Positions 16,814 through 30,431 of a stretch of 64,000 bases of DNA are shown here, one piece after another. This stretch comes from the human T2T-CHM13v2.0 reference genome, Homo sapiens. The number at the start of each line of letters is the position of its first letter. Position 1 is the first letter of the stretch. Under the pieces are notes generated by a model. The model saw only the letters and a list, made by a program, of their open reading frames with translations. It searched no databases and was not told where the DNA came from. Position numbers and translations under genes: made by a program. The stretch lies in the NCBI RefSeq assembly GCF_009914755.1, contig NC_060925.1. The stretch is one strand, 5' to 3'.

Positions 16814-17449
16814 TAGTTTTAATAATTTTTATGTTTTTCTAATTTAAAAGATTTACTAAAATCTCTTACAGCTATTATTTATGAGTATAGTATTCATTGT
16901 TGTTATTATGATTATTTTGTATGTGTTCAATCTCATTTTCAACATAAGCTCCTGGAAATTTGAGATTTTGTCTCTTATTCACCACTGTATTCTCAGTACT
17001 TGACCTTGCCTGGCATGAAACAGATATTGAATAAATATTTGTTAAAGGAATGAATGAAGGAACATACTAATACCATATTCAACAATCTCCAAGTGTCACA
17101 GTTTTCACCATCTAACAAATAAAATAGCTTGTATACAGCAGAGTCACAGTCAACCTGACATAAAAGGAAATGTCAATGAAAAATAAACCTTTGTATGTGT
17201 TGCTGCTAAGATTTTGGGGCTTTTGTTACTGTAGCATAACCTAGCGAAAGCTCAGCGAGACAGCCTGTAGAATATACGTGTACAGATAGACCAGATAGAC
17301 CAGTAGATGAGATTCCAAAGAAGCATTAACTACACCCACACACTCATAATTCCCTAACAGAAAGAATCGAATTCTTGTTCACTAAGATCTGCCTCAAGTA
17401 TTACTTTGTGAAAACTTCCCTGGCTACTCAAGTATTTAGTCAGGACTCT

Positions 17450-17640
17450 TTATTTTTTTTTCCCCCAGGCTGGAGTTCAGTGGTGCCATCATAGCTCACT
17501 AACCTCTAATTCAAGGCTCAAGGAATCCTCCTGCCTCAGCCTTCTGAGTAGCTGAGACTACAAGTGTGTGCCACCATGCTGGGCCAATTTTTCATTTTTT
17601 ATTTTCAGAGATGGGGTCTTACTATGTTGCCGAGGCTGGT
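17450..17640 (-). mobile_element. Partial AluJ
   Basis: Antisense right arm and linker. Confidence 0.75.
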
Positions 17641-17811
17641 GAGGACTGTTGATTACATATGACAGGAACCCAAACAATTCTAGTTCCCCACCACCTTTCA
17701 ACCTGCTCCTCCCTGGGTCTTCCCAGTCTCCGTAAACGGCAGCTCCATCCTTCAAGTTGCCGAAGCCCCAAATCTCAATATTAACCATGATTTCTCTCTT
17801 TTATCTCATAG

Positions 17812-18080
17812 GCAATCTGAAAGCAAATCCTGTTTAGATGCAGGCGAAGGTTCCTGGTGACCCAGGCTCTCACCTTACCGTCCCTTACCGTCCTCCTGAG
17901 GGTGTCCTGGAGCTTCAGTGCTGTGTGTTCTTGGCCTCCACGCTGGGGCTGCCACCAACTCCCACTGTCCAGGGCTTCCAGTGGACTCTCCGAGGTACTG
18001 ATGTAGAAACTTCCCCATTCGGTGCACCAAGAGCAACCTCACACGGTGTGGGCTGAATGAAGAGCTGCCAGATCCCACAG
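17812..18080 (+). other. Candidate NBPF 5'UTR exon
   Basis: Pyrimidine-rich acceptor TTTCTCTCTTTTATCTCATAG| (within an L2-like remnant) and donor CAG|GTAAAA. Predicted from splice signals only. Confidence 0.5.
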
Positions 18081-19309
18081 GTAAAAACCCTGAGGCATTG
18101 CCAGCTCGATGGAGTCAGAGAGTCCTTTTTCTATTATGACTCAGATGTGAAGGGAAGATGCCAAGGGCCCTAAACATCGCAGGGCCTTGCCTGGCATGAA
18201 ACAGATACTGAATTAATATTTGTTAGGTGAATGAACAAATATTCACAGCGTGTGCCACCCTCGACCTGCAGTGCCGTCGTCAGGTGGAAGTGATTTTACC
18301 TCAGGAGAGGAGAGTGTTCTCTCCAGGACTTTTCCTTAGTAGCTAGATCTGCATCCCACTCCTTGCTCTTCCCCTCTTACCCCCCATTCTCTGCCCCCAT
18401 TTCCGTCTCTTGTTTCCACCCTGCCGTCCCCTTTCACCTGCTTTCTCCTCTTCAGCTTTCATGGCTCACCCCCTCCCTGTCCACCCGCATCCCCCAGGCT
18501 AAGGCCCTGCACTGTCCTGGGTGGGGAGATGTGTGTGGTTTTAGGCAGTGCCCTCTAGATGTGTCCAGGATGGGGAAACATGGCTCAGTTGCCAGTATAA
18601 TGTGTTAAAAGAGAGGCCACTTTTGAAGGCCGTTCCCATCTCCCATTCCAGAATCCTGTAGGACTTAGAATTTATGGGCCACAGTGGAATTCTTGGTTCC
18701 CCAGGACCTTGTGGTGGATGCCTTCTTTCACTGAGCATTCATGGGGTGACTATTAGGTACCGTGCCCTGCTCTGGGCTAGAGACCCCATAACGAGTAAAT
18801 CTCAGGTCACTACCCCATGGAACCCACCACTGCAGGCATTGAGAGGGGGAGAAAGAAAGGGGCATGGCCTGTTTGTATCCTTCTCACGTGGCCGTCCACC
18901 AGGTCCTGGGGGAGTGGGAGCCAGTGCAAGGAGGGAAGTCCAGTGAGAATGACAAATGGACGATGTCAGACCCAGGGGCTGAGGCCCCCACCTGCAGCTG
19001 GGAAGCTTCTGGAGTGGACAAGGAGCAGCAGGGAAGGTTGCGGCCTGGTGTTCTGGGATCCACTGTCTCATCTCATTCTTTTGGGCACCAGAACTTATCC
19101 AAAGACAAGACTCAGTGTCTCTGGCAACAGTGGGCCAGAGGAATAATGTGTTTCAGAGGAGGAAGAAGGGGTTGTACCCCGTGGAAACAGCATATAGTTT
19201 TACAGTAGTGCATCTGTCTCCAATAACTAGTTAGCGTGTTCCTGTTAATGGGAAATACTGGTGGTGTAAGTTCCCCTGGATGTTCTCATCTTCATGTAAA
19301 TTTGTTCAT

Positions 19310-19620
19310 TTCCTTCCTTCCTTCCTTCCTTCCCTACTTCTCTCCCTTCCCTACTTCTCTCCCACTCTTTTTCTCTCTCTCTTTATTCTTTCCCTCCCTC
19401 CTTCCCTTCTGCCTTCCCTCCCTTCCTTTCTTCCTCCCTTCCTCTCTCCCTCCCTGCCTTCCTCCCTCCCTCCTTTTCTTCCTCCCTCCCTTCCTCCCTC
19501 CCTTCCTTCCTTCCTTCCTTCCTTCCTCCTTCCTTCCCTCCCTCCATTCTTTCCTTTCTTCCTTTCTTCTTTTCTTTTTCTTTGTCTCTCATGCTCTCTC
19601 TTTTTCTTTCCTTTTTGTTC
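19310..19620 (+). repeat. Polypyrimidine (CCTT/CCCT)n low-complexity tract
   Basis: ~300 bp of almost pure C/T. Confidence 0.95.
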
Positions 19621-20069
19621 TACTTTTTAAAAAAGACCACACTGCACTGAAATCTACATTACTTACCAAAACCTCTGGAGCTGCTTCTGTCTTGTAGGCA
19701 GGGAGCTCGTCCTGTAGCCCTTAGGTCCTCCCAGCCTCCTCCTCCTCTGATTTGTGGGTGCCACTGGGGCAGCTGCTGAGTCTCAGTGGTTCCTAGTCAT
19801 CACCAAGTTCTGCCCACCTAGATGGTTTGCACCTGTCCTTACCAGAACCCTGCACTGTCTAGATGACTGAGGCTGCTTCTGCCTAACTGATCTGCTAGCT
19901 GTGTTCCGGGGGCACCCCAGGGTTAGAGGTAAATGGCACAGGCATTGAAATCTCCAACTGCTCTGACTCCAGGTTGGTGCACTTCAATGCCAAGTACTAA
20001 CCACACAATAACAGGATGCCACCAAAACCTTGGTATGGGGCTGCTGCATCCTAATTAAAAAAAAGTAAT

Positions 20070-21545
20070 AGATGTTATTTTTTAGAACAGTTCTAGGTTT
20101 ACAGAAAAATGGAGTGGATAGTACAGAGAGTTCTCCTAGGCTCCCCTGTCCTCCAGCACACAGTTTCCCCTATTAGTATGTTGTATTAGTGTGGTCCATT
20201 CGTTACAATTGATGAACCACTATTGATACATCATTATCAACTAAAGTCCATAGTTTACACTAGAGTTCATTCTTTGAGTTTCACAGATTATGGGTTTTGG
20301 CAATTATGTAATGTCCTAAATCCCCAATACAGCATCATGCAAAATAGTTTCACTGCTGAAAATTCCCTGTACTTCACCATTTCGTGCCTCCTCCTCTCCT
20401 CCACCCCTGACAACCACTCATCGTTTTACTACTTCTATCTTTTTGACTTTCCAAGAATGTCCTAGAGTTGGAATTACAGTATGTAGGTTTCCAGACTGGC
20501 TTCTTTCTAGCATTATGTACTTTAAGTTCCTCCACGTCTTTTCATGACTTGACAGCTTGTTTTGTAAAATCACTGAATCAGATTTCATTGTATGGCTACA
20601 ACACAGTTTGTTTATTCATTCACTTGGTGAAAGACGTCTTGGGTACTTCCAAGTTTTGACAATTATGATAAAATTGCTGCAAGTACTTATGTGCAGGATT
20701 TTGAATGAACTTAAGTTGTCCAAAGTGACTGTACACTTTTGATTTCCACTAGCTATGGAGAGTTCTGGTTGTTCCTCATCTTTGACAGCATTTGGTGTGT
20801 TCACCGTTTTGTGTTTTAGCCATTCTGATAGGTTTACAGTGATATCTCGTTGTTTTAATGTGCAATTCCCTCACAACAAATGATTTTGAGCATCTTTCTC
20901 ATATGCTTATTTGCCATCTGTATATCTTATTAATGAGGTGTTCAGATGTTTCACTTTTTTTTTTTTTTTTTTTTTTTTGCTTTGTGTTGTTTAGTTCTCA
21001 GAATTCTTCATATATTTTGGACAGCAGTTTTTCCATCAGATTATTTTGTAAATATTTTCTACCAGTCTGTGACTTGCTTTTTCCATTCTCTTAACAGTGT
21101 CTTTCACAGAACAGAAGTTTTTAATTTTAATGAGGCTCAACTTAATTTTTTTTTCATTAGTAGATTGTGCTTTTGGTTTTGTATCTAAGAAGCCATCATT
21201 GAACCCAGGATCCCTCAGATTTTCTCCTATGTTATCTCCTAGGATTCTTATGGTTTTGCACCTTACATTTACGTGTAAGATTTATTTTATAAAGGGTATA
21301 ACATGCATACCTGGATTTATTTATTTTTTTGCATGTGGTTGTCCAGCTGTTCTAGCACCACTAGTTGGAAAGGCTATCTTTGCTGTTTTAAATTGTCTCT
21401 AAACCTCCATGGAAGATCAGTGGACTGTATGTAGGCCTGCTTCTGGGCTCCGTATTCTTTTCCATGCATCTATATGTGTGTGTTTTCTCTTTTCACCAAC
21501 TTCACACTATTTGGGTTACTGTAGCTTAATGTAAGTCCTGAAGTT
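20070..21545 (-). mobile_element. L1MC-like LINE 3' portion
   Basis: TTTTAGAACAGTTCTAGGTTTACAGAAAAATGGAG..TACAGAGAGTTC start and antisense L1 3'-region motifs. Confidence 0.65.
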
Positions 21546-22424
21546 GGTAGTGCCAAACCTCAGGGAGTTTTTCTGAACTTCATCATGAGAACCTGGTTGA
21601 GATCATTGTAGTAACACTTGGAAATGTGTGAGATTCCCCCTTAGTCTGGTCTTCAAGGAGTTTTTAATGTTCTAGCCAGGCTACCCTCAGCTTCTAGTAA
21701 TCTGTCAGTACCATTTAAGTGCTCCTCCCACTTGCTGTCCCCAGTAGCTTCTCTTCCCTGTGAGCTGTGACTCCTTGTGTGTTAGCCTGTGTTTCTCATT
21801 TTTAAGGTGGCAGTTTTCCCTGTGACCTCAATTCTCTGATCCACCCTAGAAGGGTTGACTTTCAGTTTGTTCAGCTTTTTTCTAGCTGTGAGGACAAGTG
21901 ATGACTGCCTAGCTCTTTCCATGTTGAAATAGAAACCCAAAAGTTTGTTTAAAGAATTACTTGTTATAAAAGTCCCCCATTGTTAATGTACAACTCAATG
22001 ATGTAAGTTGATTTATCGAATTGTGCAGCCATCAGCAGAGTTCTACTTCAGCATATTTTGTCACTTCCCAAATTCCCTTGAACCTGTTTGTAGTCATTTC
22101 CTAATCCCTGGTCCCCATGACTGGGTCTGAATAGAATAAATATTTGGAAAGCAGACTTCATTATATTTATATTTTCCTGTGTTTGGGACTTTATATAGTG
22201 GACTATTGTGTTCGTTTTGTGACAAGTAGAGAAGAGATTGCATTCTAGGGATGGTTTTTGGGGGAACATAATAGTAGTCCTGTTTATGGCTCTCCTTGAA
22301 TTGGTTCATCTGTGCTGGTGACTGGTATTTTTTACCAAACCTTGTCTGGTGAGCACAAGAAAAAGAATTTTTAAAAATCTACTATTAAAATTGAGATGAT
22401 ACATTTTCACATAATAATATTTGA

Positions 22425-22744
<320 letters not shown>

Positions 22745-22750
22745 CTGAAC

Positions 22751-23723
22751 TGTGGGGAAAAGAAAGAGATATCAGATTGTTACTGTGTCTGTGTAGGAAG
22801 AAGTAGACATAAGAGACTCCATTTTGTTCTGTACTAAGAAAAATTCTTTTGCCTTGAGACGCTGTTAATCTGTAACCCTACCCCCAACCCTGTGCTCCCT
22901 AAGACATGGGCTGTGTCAACTCAGGGTTAAATGGATTAAGGGCTGTTCAGGGTGTGCTTTGTTAAACAAATGCTTGAAGGCAGCATGCTTGTTAAGAGTC
23001 ATCACCACTCCCTAATCTCAAGTGCCCAGAGACACACTACACTGCGGAAGACTGCAGGGACCTCTGCCTAGGAAAGCCAGGTATTGTCCAAGGTTTCTCC
23101 CCATGTGATAGTCTGAAATACAGCCTCGTGGGAAGGGAAAGACCTGACTGTCCCCCAGCCCGACACCCGTAAAGGGTCTGTGCTGAGGAGGATTAGTAAA
23201 AGAGGAAGGAAGGCCTCTTTGCAGTTGAGATAAGAGGAAGGCATCTGTCTCCTGCTCATCCCTGGGCAATGGAATGTCTCGGTGTAAAGCCCGATTGTAT
23301 ATCCCATCTACTGAGATAGGAGAAAACTGCCTTAGGACTGGAGGTGGGACATGCTGGCAGCAATACTGCTCTTTAAGGCATTGAGATGTTTCTGTATATG
23401 CACATCAAAAGCACAGCACTTTTTTCTTTACCTTGTTTATGATGCAGAGACATTTGTTCACGTGTTTACCTGCTGATCTTCTCTCCACTATTATCCTATT
23501 GTCCTGCCACATCCCCCTCTCCGGAAATGCCCGATAATGATCAATAAATACTAAGGGAACTCAGAGGCCAGTGCTGGCATGGGTCCTCCATATGCTGAAC
23601 GCCGGTCCCCTGGGCCCATTTTTCTTTCTCTGTACTTTGTCTCTGTGTCTCTTTCTTTTCCAAGTCTCTCCTTCCACCTAACGAGAAACGCCCACAGGTG
23701 TGGAGGGGCAACCCATCCCTTCA
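22751..23723 (+). mobile_element. HERV-K (HML-2) solo LTR5, probably LTR5B/5A rather than LTR5_Hs
   Basis: TGTGGGGAAAAGAAAGAGA..CAGATTGTTACTGTGTCTGTGTAG start, GGGGCAACCCATCCCTTCA end, 973 bp, perfect 6-bp TSD CTGAAC (22745-50 and 23724-29), AATAAA at 23543-48. Confidence 0.93.
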
Positions 23724-23746
23724 CTGAACCATTTTTATTCTTTCAG

Positions 23747-23845
23747 AAATGTGATTGATAACAGTAAAGCCACACTACTCAAGTGCCTGAAATACCCCTC
23801 ATTGTCTTCTTCAGGTGGCAAGGGCTCTGGAACAGCCACATAAAG
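23747..23845 (+). other. Candidate NBPF 5'UTR exon (alternative acceptors at 23747 or 23815)
   Basis: Acceptors TTATTCTTTCAG| and TCTTCTTCAG|; strong donor AAG|GTGAGG. Confidence 0.45.
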
Positions 23846-23959
23846 GTGAGGGCAATATTTTTACTGTAGTTCTTTCATTGATTGGTTGATTGATTTTTTT
23901 CTCTTAGAGGGTTAGCATACATTTATCTGAAATTGAAATTCAAGAGGAGAGACAGGCAC

Positions 23960-24960
23960 CTGTACTAGTTTTCTCTTGCTGCCTATTATCACATTACCAC
24001 AAACCAGTGGTTTGAAACCACAGAAGTCTGGAATGAAGTGGCCGGGTTCTCTGATCAGAGTCATGTGAGGCTAAAATCCGGGAATGGGCTGGCTGTGTTT
24101 TATTCCTAGAGCTCAAGCTATTTTTCCAGGTTCACTACAGATAATGAAAGAGTTCCTATTCTTGTTTGTGGGGGGCTGAGGGCCCTTTTTCTGTGCTGGC
24201 TGTCAGCGGGGAGACACTCTGACTCCAGAGGCCACGTGCTTTCCTCCTTACCTGTCTGTTTCATCTTTCAACCAATAACAACTCATGGAGTCCTTCTCAA
24301 GCTCCCACCTTCTCTGACTTCATCTTCTCCAACCAGCCACACAAAGCTCTGTCATGTATGGAGTGATGTGATTAGATCCAGTTCATGCGGTAACCTCACC
24401 ATCTTAAAGTCATATAACTGGCATATAACAACATAGTCACAGGAATGGTGTCTCATCACCTTAAGAGGCTTTAGAGACAAGGGTGTGGCATGTTTGGGGA
24501 CCATTTCAGAAATTCCATCTACCACAGTAGGACACTCACATTCCCCCATCTGCAAAGTGCATTTACCCTCTCCCCTGAGGTTTCCAGATTTCATGTCATT
24601 AAAGCATTAGTTCAACATGAAAAATGTCATGTAGACCACATCAGATCAAAAGTTTAAAATCCCATCTAAAACATCCACACCAGGTGTGAATGAGGCTTCC
24701 GAGAGTGTCCATTAAGTGCAGATCCTTGACATAATTCCCTTACCTCTGTCGACCTGTGAAACTGAACAAACAGCTTATCTGCCCCTAATGTGAAATGATG
24801 GGACAGACATAGAATAACAACTACAGTGATTCTAGTTCAAAATGAGGGAACATGGAGGGGATAAAGAAGTCACTAACCCAAAATAGTTTGGAAATGGAGC
24901 TGGGCAAAATCCAGCAGGAGTTTCTTAGTTAGGATCCACAGCCTGGGACTGACCCTCTGT
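23960..24960 (-). mobile_element. MaLR (MLT1/MST-like) LTR plus internal remnant
   Basis: TGTACTAGTTTTCTCTTGCTGCC..TTACCACAAACCAGTGGTTTGAAACCACAGAA is typical of an antisense MLT1. Confidence 0.55.
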
Positions 24961-25700
24961 CCTGTGGGTCTTTACCTCTGGGCTCTCTGCTCTGCATTTC
25001 TTGAAACCATTATTATTTATCATTTTCCTCACACTCTTTTGCGTATGGCTCCTATTGCACTCAAAATGTTTTTGAGATTCATCCATGTTGTTTTGTGTGT
25101 CAAAAGTTTGTTCCTTTAGCCATTCCATGGAATGAATGTATCACAGTTTATTGATCCATTCTTGTATTGATAGATATTTGAATGTTTCCAGTTTTTCCTA
25201 TTATGAATAAAACTGCTATGAACATTCTTGTATAAATCATTTTCTGGACATATGTTTTAATTTCTCTTGGATAAATGCTTAGGAATTAGTGAGTCATAGA
25301 ATAGGTAGATGTTTAGTTCTGTAAGAATATGCCAGACATTTTTTCCCAAAGTGTTTATACTATTGTACATTCCAACCATTAATGTATGAAGGTGAGAAAG
25401 CTTTTGCTACTTCCAAAGAGGCCTCTCTATATACATGTAATTTTTTCTAACTGGAGACAGGCTGATGACTTCAGGGACATGAGCATGGGATACCTGTCAT
25501 CACCACCACCATAAAGTTGGGATTCAGGAAGGAGGTTAATCATATAAAGAATCCTGTGACCAGTATGAGCTTCTCTCAGGCCACACAGGGCACTCAAGTG
25601 AACAGGGCATGGGGGCCCTGGGGTCATGGTAAGAAAGTGTCTCATTGGTAAAACCTTTTCCTCTGGGGAGGTAAATAAATGATTTGTTTCTTCTTGGTAG

Positions 25701-25842
25701 CCCTTGAAGATAAGGATGGTCAAACAAAATAATATCATACCTGGAGAAACTCAGATCTTGGTAAGATTTACTGGTTGGGAATCCAAAGTTAATGCCAAGA
25801 AGCAGCCGCCAGTTGGGATCAAATGTGAGCCTATGGATCAAG
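25701..25842 (+). other. Candidate 5'UTR exon carrying the uORF start (ATG 25716)
   Basis: Acceptor TTTCTTCTTGGTAG| and donor AAG|GTGCGT. Confidence 0.55.
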
Positions 25843-26166
25843 GTGCGTACTCAAACACAGAGAGCTTTGTGAAAGATGCTACCAGTAGTTTTTCCAGGGC
25901 AGAGATGGGTCCTTTATTTTTCTCTCTAATCTAGCCCATATGCTTAGCTGAGTTTTCTTCGTATCACTTTAAATGATGATGTCCCTTGTTCAACAATTTT
26001 CTAAACATTCTTTAGATAATAATTTTATGGGCATTCTTTATTGCATTAGGCTTAAATTTAATGCATCTTAAGGTTTTATTGCAAAATATTGCCTTGTTTC
26101 CTTTTTAAGATGATACAGTTTATAATATGCAAATTTGTTGTCTGTCCCCTCCCTTTATGTACATAG

Positions 26167-26390
26167 AAAATGAGCAAACAGGTGGCCATGAAACAGATAG
26201 TCATAGAATTGGTTCAGTGGTTGTGAGTGCAGCAACCCAAGAGTGTCTTATCTGAAATACCACCAGGAATGTCTGGACACAGTAGACAAAGGTTTTTCAA
26301 CTGGACGCCTTAGGATACATGCTTCCAAAAACAAAGTAGCCAAAAAGAAACCAGAGTCACAGAATATCAGAGCCAGAGGAACATTTGGAG
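26167..26390 (+). other. Candidate 5'UTR exon carrying the uORF stop (TGA 26253-55)
   Basis: Acceptor CCCTTTATGTACATAG| and donor GAG|GTAATT; the 3' boundary is uncertain. Confidence 0.5.
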
Positions 26391-28466
26391 GTAATTCAGT
26401 ACCTCCTCCTTTTCAACCTACAGGGGAGATAGTGGAAGAGAAGCAGGGATGGGTCTGCCTTCTGTGCCCACAATTCATTGGAGATTGTTGTGGTGAAGAA
26501 TTTCTTTTATGATAAAGGAGAAATAAACTCCCATCAGCTTTAATTCAGGCAGGTTTATTGAAAAGGTGAAGAAGCGTCTTGCAGAAGCAAAGCATGGCTA
26601 AGGCTTGTGGGCTCTGTCTGGACAAATGAGCAGCCGACAGTGGCTGATGCTGCCCCTGACTCTGGAGCCGTGCGGTCTGTGGTTCTCTGTGAGCATCTCT
26701 TCTATTCTCTTGCACCTTCCCTCAGCCTGGCAGTCTCTGTGTACTCTTCAACCCATAATTGAGCGAGGCTGTACCAGCCCCAATGCCATGTAGCACTTTA
26801 TTTCAAATTAGAAAGGCATGAAATAAACTAGCCCTTTATAATACAACTGTTGGAACAACAGTTGAAAATAACAATATCTTGACTCCTGGTTGAGTGCTTT
26901 ACGCTGAGCTTTCTTTTCTGAATATGAGCACAGACTTGGGGATATTAGTGTCACCTGGCATTATTAGCTAGTATTCTCCTTTTGTTTCCCCATAACATCC
27001 CCTCCTCCTTCCCACAGATCCACTCTCCACTCATTTCCATCCTGTCTTATGCCACTTGGGGCTTGTCCCTTCTAGAATGCATCCCTGGCTCCCCTGTGTG
27101 CACACTTGTAGTTAGGTTTAGCATTGGGGGCACCCGATGGAGCCTGGAAGTGAGAGGAAGGTGAGGTCCGTATTTCTTCCCTCTCCCTCCCTGCTCTGGC
27201 ACTGAGTATCTGGCAATAGCTGCATCTGTCTATTACTTCAGTGGCCACTCTTCCACAGCCCCAATTCTCAGTGGGTCCCATAGCATTATTTACCTTTGTT
27301 CCTTTAGCTCCCATCAAGGAAGACCCAGAGGCATTCTCCTCACCAAGGCATTAAGAAATGCATGGGTGAGGGGAACAGCGGCGTGCGTGTAAAGGTCCTG
27401 TGGCACCTCTCCTCTGCAGGCTGGAGGTCATGGCGGGAGATGCTGCATGGATTTGTCCTCCCTGCTGTCAGAACAACAGGGTTCTGGAAGAGTAGAGGAC
27501 AGGCCGTGGGACTTGGCTGTCTAGAGACAAGGCGGGAGGGATTTCCTTGAGAGGCAGGGACATGTGGTGGTTACTAATCATTGTGAGGTGTCTGGGATGT
27601 AATGGATGGGAAATCTACTAAGAAGTCAACTTATGTAATAATTAGAAAAGCTCTAGTTCTGAGGACAGAGACCTGTTGGAGTCACCATAGTGGGAATTTT
27701 TGACCTGGCATCCAGTTCAGATACCTGGAGCTTCTTGACTGAGGGGAGATTGGATCCCTTGGGGAAGAGTGAAGCCTTCAATGCTGCCACAAGTGTGATC
27801 CGCCCGCCTCAGCCTCCCAAAGTGCTGGGATTACAGGCGTGAGCCACCATGCCCGGCCTCTTTTTTATATTTAAAAAATATCATTTTATATATTATCAGG
27901 GCAAAAGAGAAAAACCGTATGATTACCTTGTCATACACAGTAAAAGCATTTGGCAAAATTGAAAACTTTTTTCATGATTTATAAAAACAAACCCCAGAAA
28001 ATGCTCAGCATGATGAGAACAGAAGGCAACACTTCCAACCCCATTAAGGGCAGATTTGAAGAACCCACAGGTAACATTATATTAAATGGCATAAGATTGA
28101 ATGCTTTTCTATTAAATCAGAGAAAAAAGTAGAATACCTGTTGTTACTCTTTTAATTCAGCATTATACTAGAGCTCTAAATCAATGCAATAAAGTAAGAA
28201 AAATTAATAAAGTATTGAAAAGAAAGAATTGAAGCTGTCTTTATTCACAGATAATGACTGTGTTTGTTAACAATGCTAGAAATCTACAAAAATCTACCAG
28301 AACTAATCAGTGAGTTTAGTAGTGTTGCAGAATGTAAGCTCTCAATATAAGTGGTCTTTTGTATTTCTGTATATTAGCAATGAGCATTTGGAAAATGAAA
28401 TAAGAATACAATTTCATTTAAAGTAACATCTAAATACATGTTGTGCTTATAAATAAATTCAACAGA

Positions 28467-28804
<338 letters not shown>

Positions 28805-29202
28805 CTACAAAAAATTGCTTTGAGAAATTATGAAAGAACTAAATTAGTGGGGAGATAAACCTTGTCATGGATCAGAAGAGTTGTTATGTTTAAAAAGTCA
28901 GTTCTTCGTAAATTGATCTCCAGATCCAATGCAATTCTAATAATAATTCCAAGCGGCATTTTGGTAGAAATTTACAAGCTGATTCTACCATTTATATGGT
29001 AATGTCAATGATCAAGAATAATAAAATAGCAATATTATAAAAGAATAATGGCGAATGAATTCACTACCTATTTCCAGAATTACTCTACAGCTATGAAAAT
29101 CAAGATTATGTGTTTTGTTGAAAAAAAAAATGGAATATATATCAGTGGAAGAGAGAATCCAGAAATAGATACTCACATGTATGTCTAATTGATTCTTAGG
29201 AC

Positions 29203-29228
29203 ATATATATATGTATACACACACACAC

Positions 29229-29284
<56 letters not shown>

Positions 29285-29319
29285 TCACCGTTTTGAAGAT
29301 TATCATCTCCAAATAGGGA

Positions 29320-29352
<33 letters not shown>

Positions 29353-29390
29353 CAGACACACACAAACACACACACACACATACATATTGC
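29203..29390. repeat. Compound (CA)n(GT)n(TA)n...(TA)n(CA)n microsatellite with inverted symmetry
   Basis: Read directly; 31-nt unique spacer at 29287-29317. Confidence 0.9.
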
Positions 29391-29765
29391 AGTCTGATAA
29401 GATAAACAGCACATTGAAACAATTTCTCAAAAGACTTGAATAGATACTTCAGAAAAGAAGATACATGAATGGTCAGTTAGCATAGGAAAAGATGCTCCAC
29501 TGTTTAGTCATCAGGGAGATCAATCAGTGCAACAATGAGATACCAGTACATATCCATAAGAATGGCTAAAATTAAAAAGGCTGAAAATAGCACCTGTTGG
29601 TGAGGATATAAAGCACTTGGAAGTCTTATACTTGTAGGAATGAAAAATGGTATGGCTCCTTTGAAAATCTAACAGTTTCTTAAAGGTTAAACATAACACA
29701 AATCAGATAGACAGTCATTCCCTTCCTAGGAATTTACACACTGTGTCTGCACAATGATCTGTATG

Positions 29766-30431
29766 TGTGTTTCCAGACCAACCTGAGGGGCGGGCTGCTA
29801 TTTCTCGTGGCTCAGTAACAAGACACAGATGAACTGGGGAGGAAGAGAGTTTTGACTTCTGCAACTGGTTACAGGGAAACGGCCTGGAAATTATCACCAG
29901 ACCAACTCAAAATTGGAAAGTTTTCCTGAGCTAATGTACCTTCTAAGCTATATGTGTATGTGGAAGTGTGCATTCATCTAAATACATAAGTGATTAACTT
30001 CTTTTAATCTATAACTAAGTCTGAGTCCTGAAGACCTTCCTCTGGAACCTCAGTTAAATTCAGTTAATCTAAATGGGTCTAGGTGCTGGGGGCCCTTATC
30101 TTGTCTCCTGCTAAATCACAGAGGTTTGGAGAGTCCCTTCAGATCTCCAATAAACTTGTTTGTGGAGGCCTGGGGAGTTTCTTCAGACCCCCAGTAAAAC
30201 TTATTTAATACTAAATGGCTCCTGTTAAGAATGCCTTCGTTATTTCGTCATGCTTTAAGGCCCAGGAAAAACCTAGGCAAAACTCTTGGTGGGCTTTTGT
30301 TACATTCCAGCCTTTGTATAAGGGCACTGGCTTCTTTTTTTTTTTTTCCTCTTAATATTTAATTGAACCACTCAGTCGGTACTGAAACAGTTGTTACGGA
30401 GGCCTGTGTTAGTGAGACCTGGCCTGCCACG
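29766..30431 (-). mobile_element. Solo ERV1 LTR, LTR9-like
   Basis: The - strand begins (C)GTGGCAGGCCAGGTCTCACTAACACAGGCCTCCGTAACAACTGTTTCAGTAC; TATG is duplicated at both ends. Family call from memory. Confidence 0.65.

Noticed and set aside
19236-19697. 153-aa F/L/P/S-rich ORF resembling a membrane protein
   Set aside because: Translation of the (CCTT)n tract.
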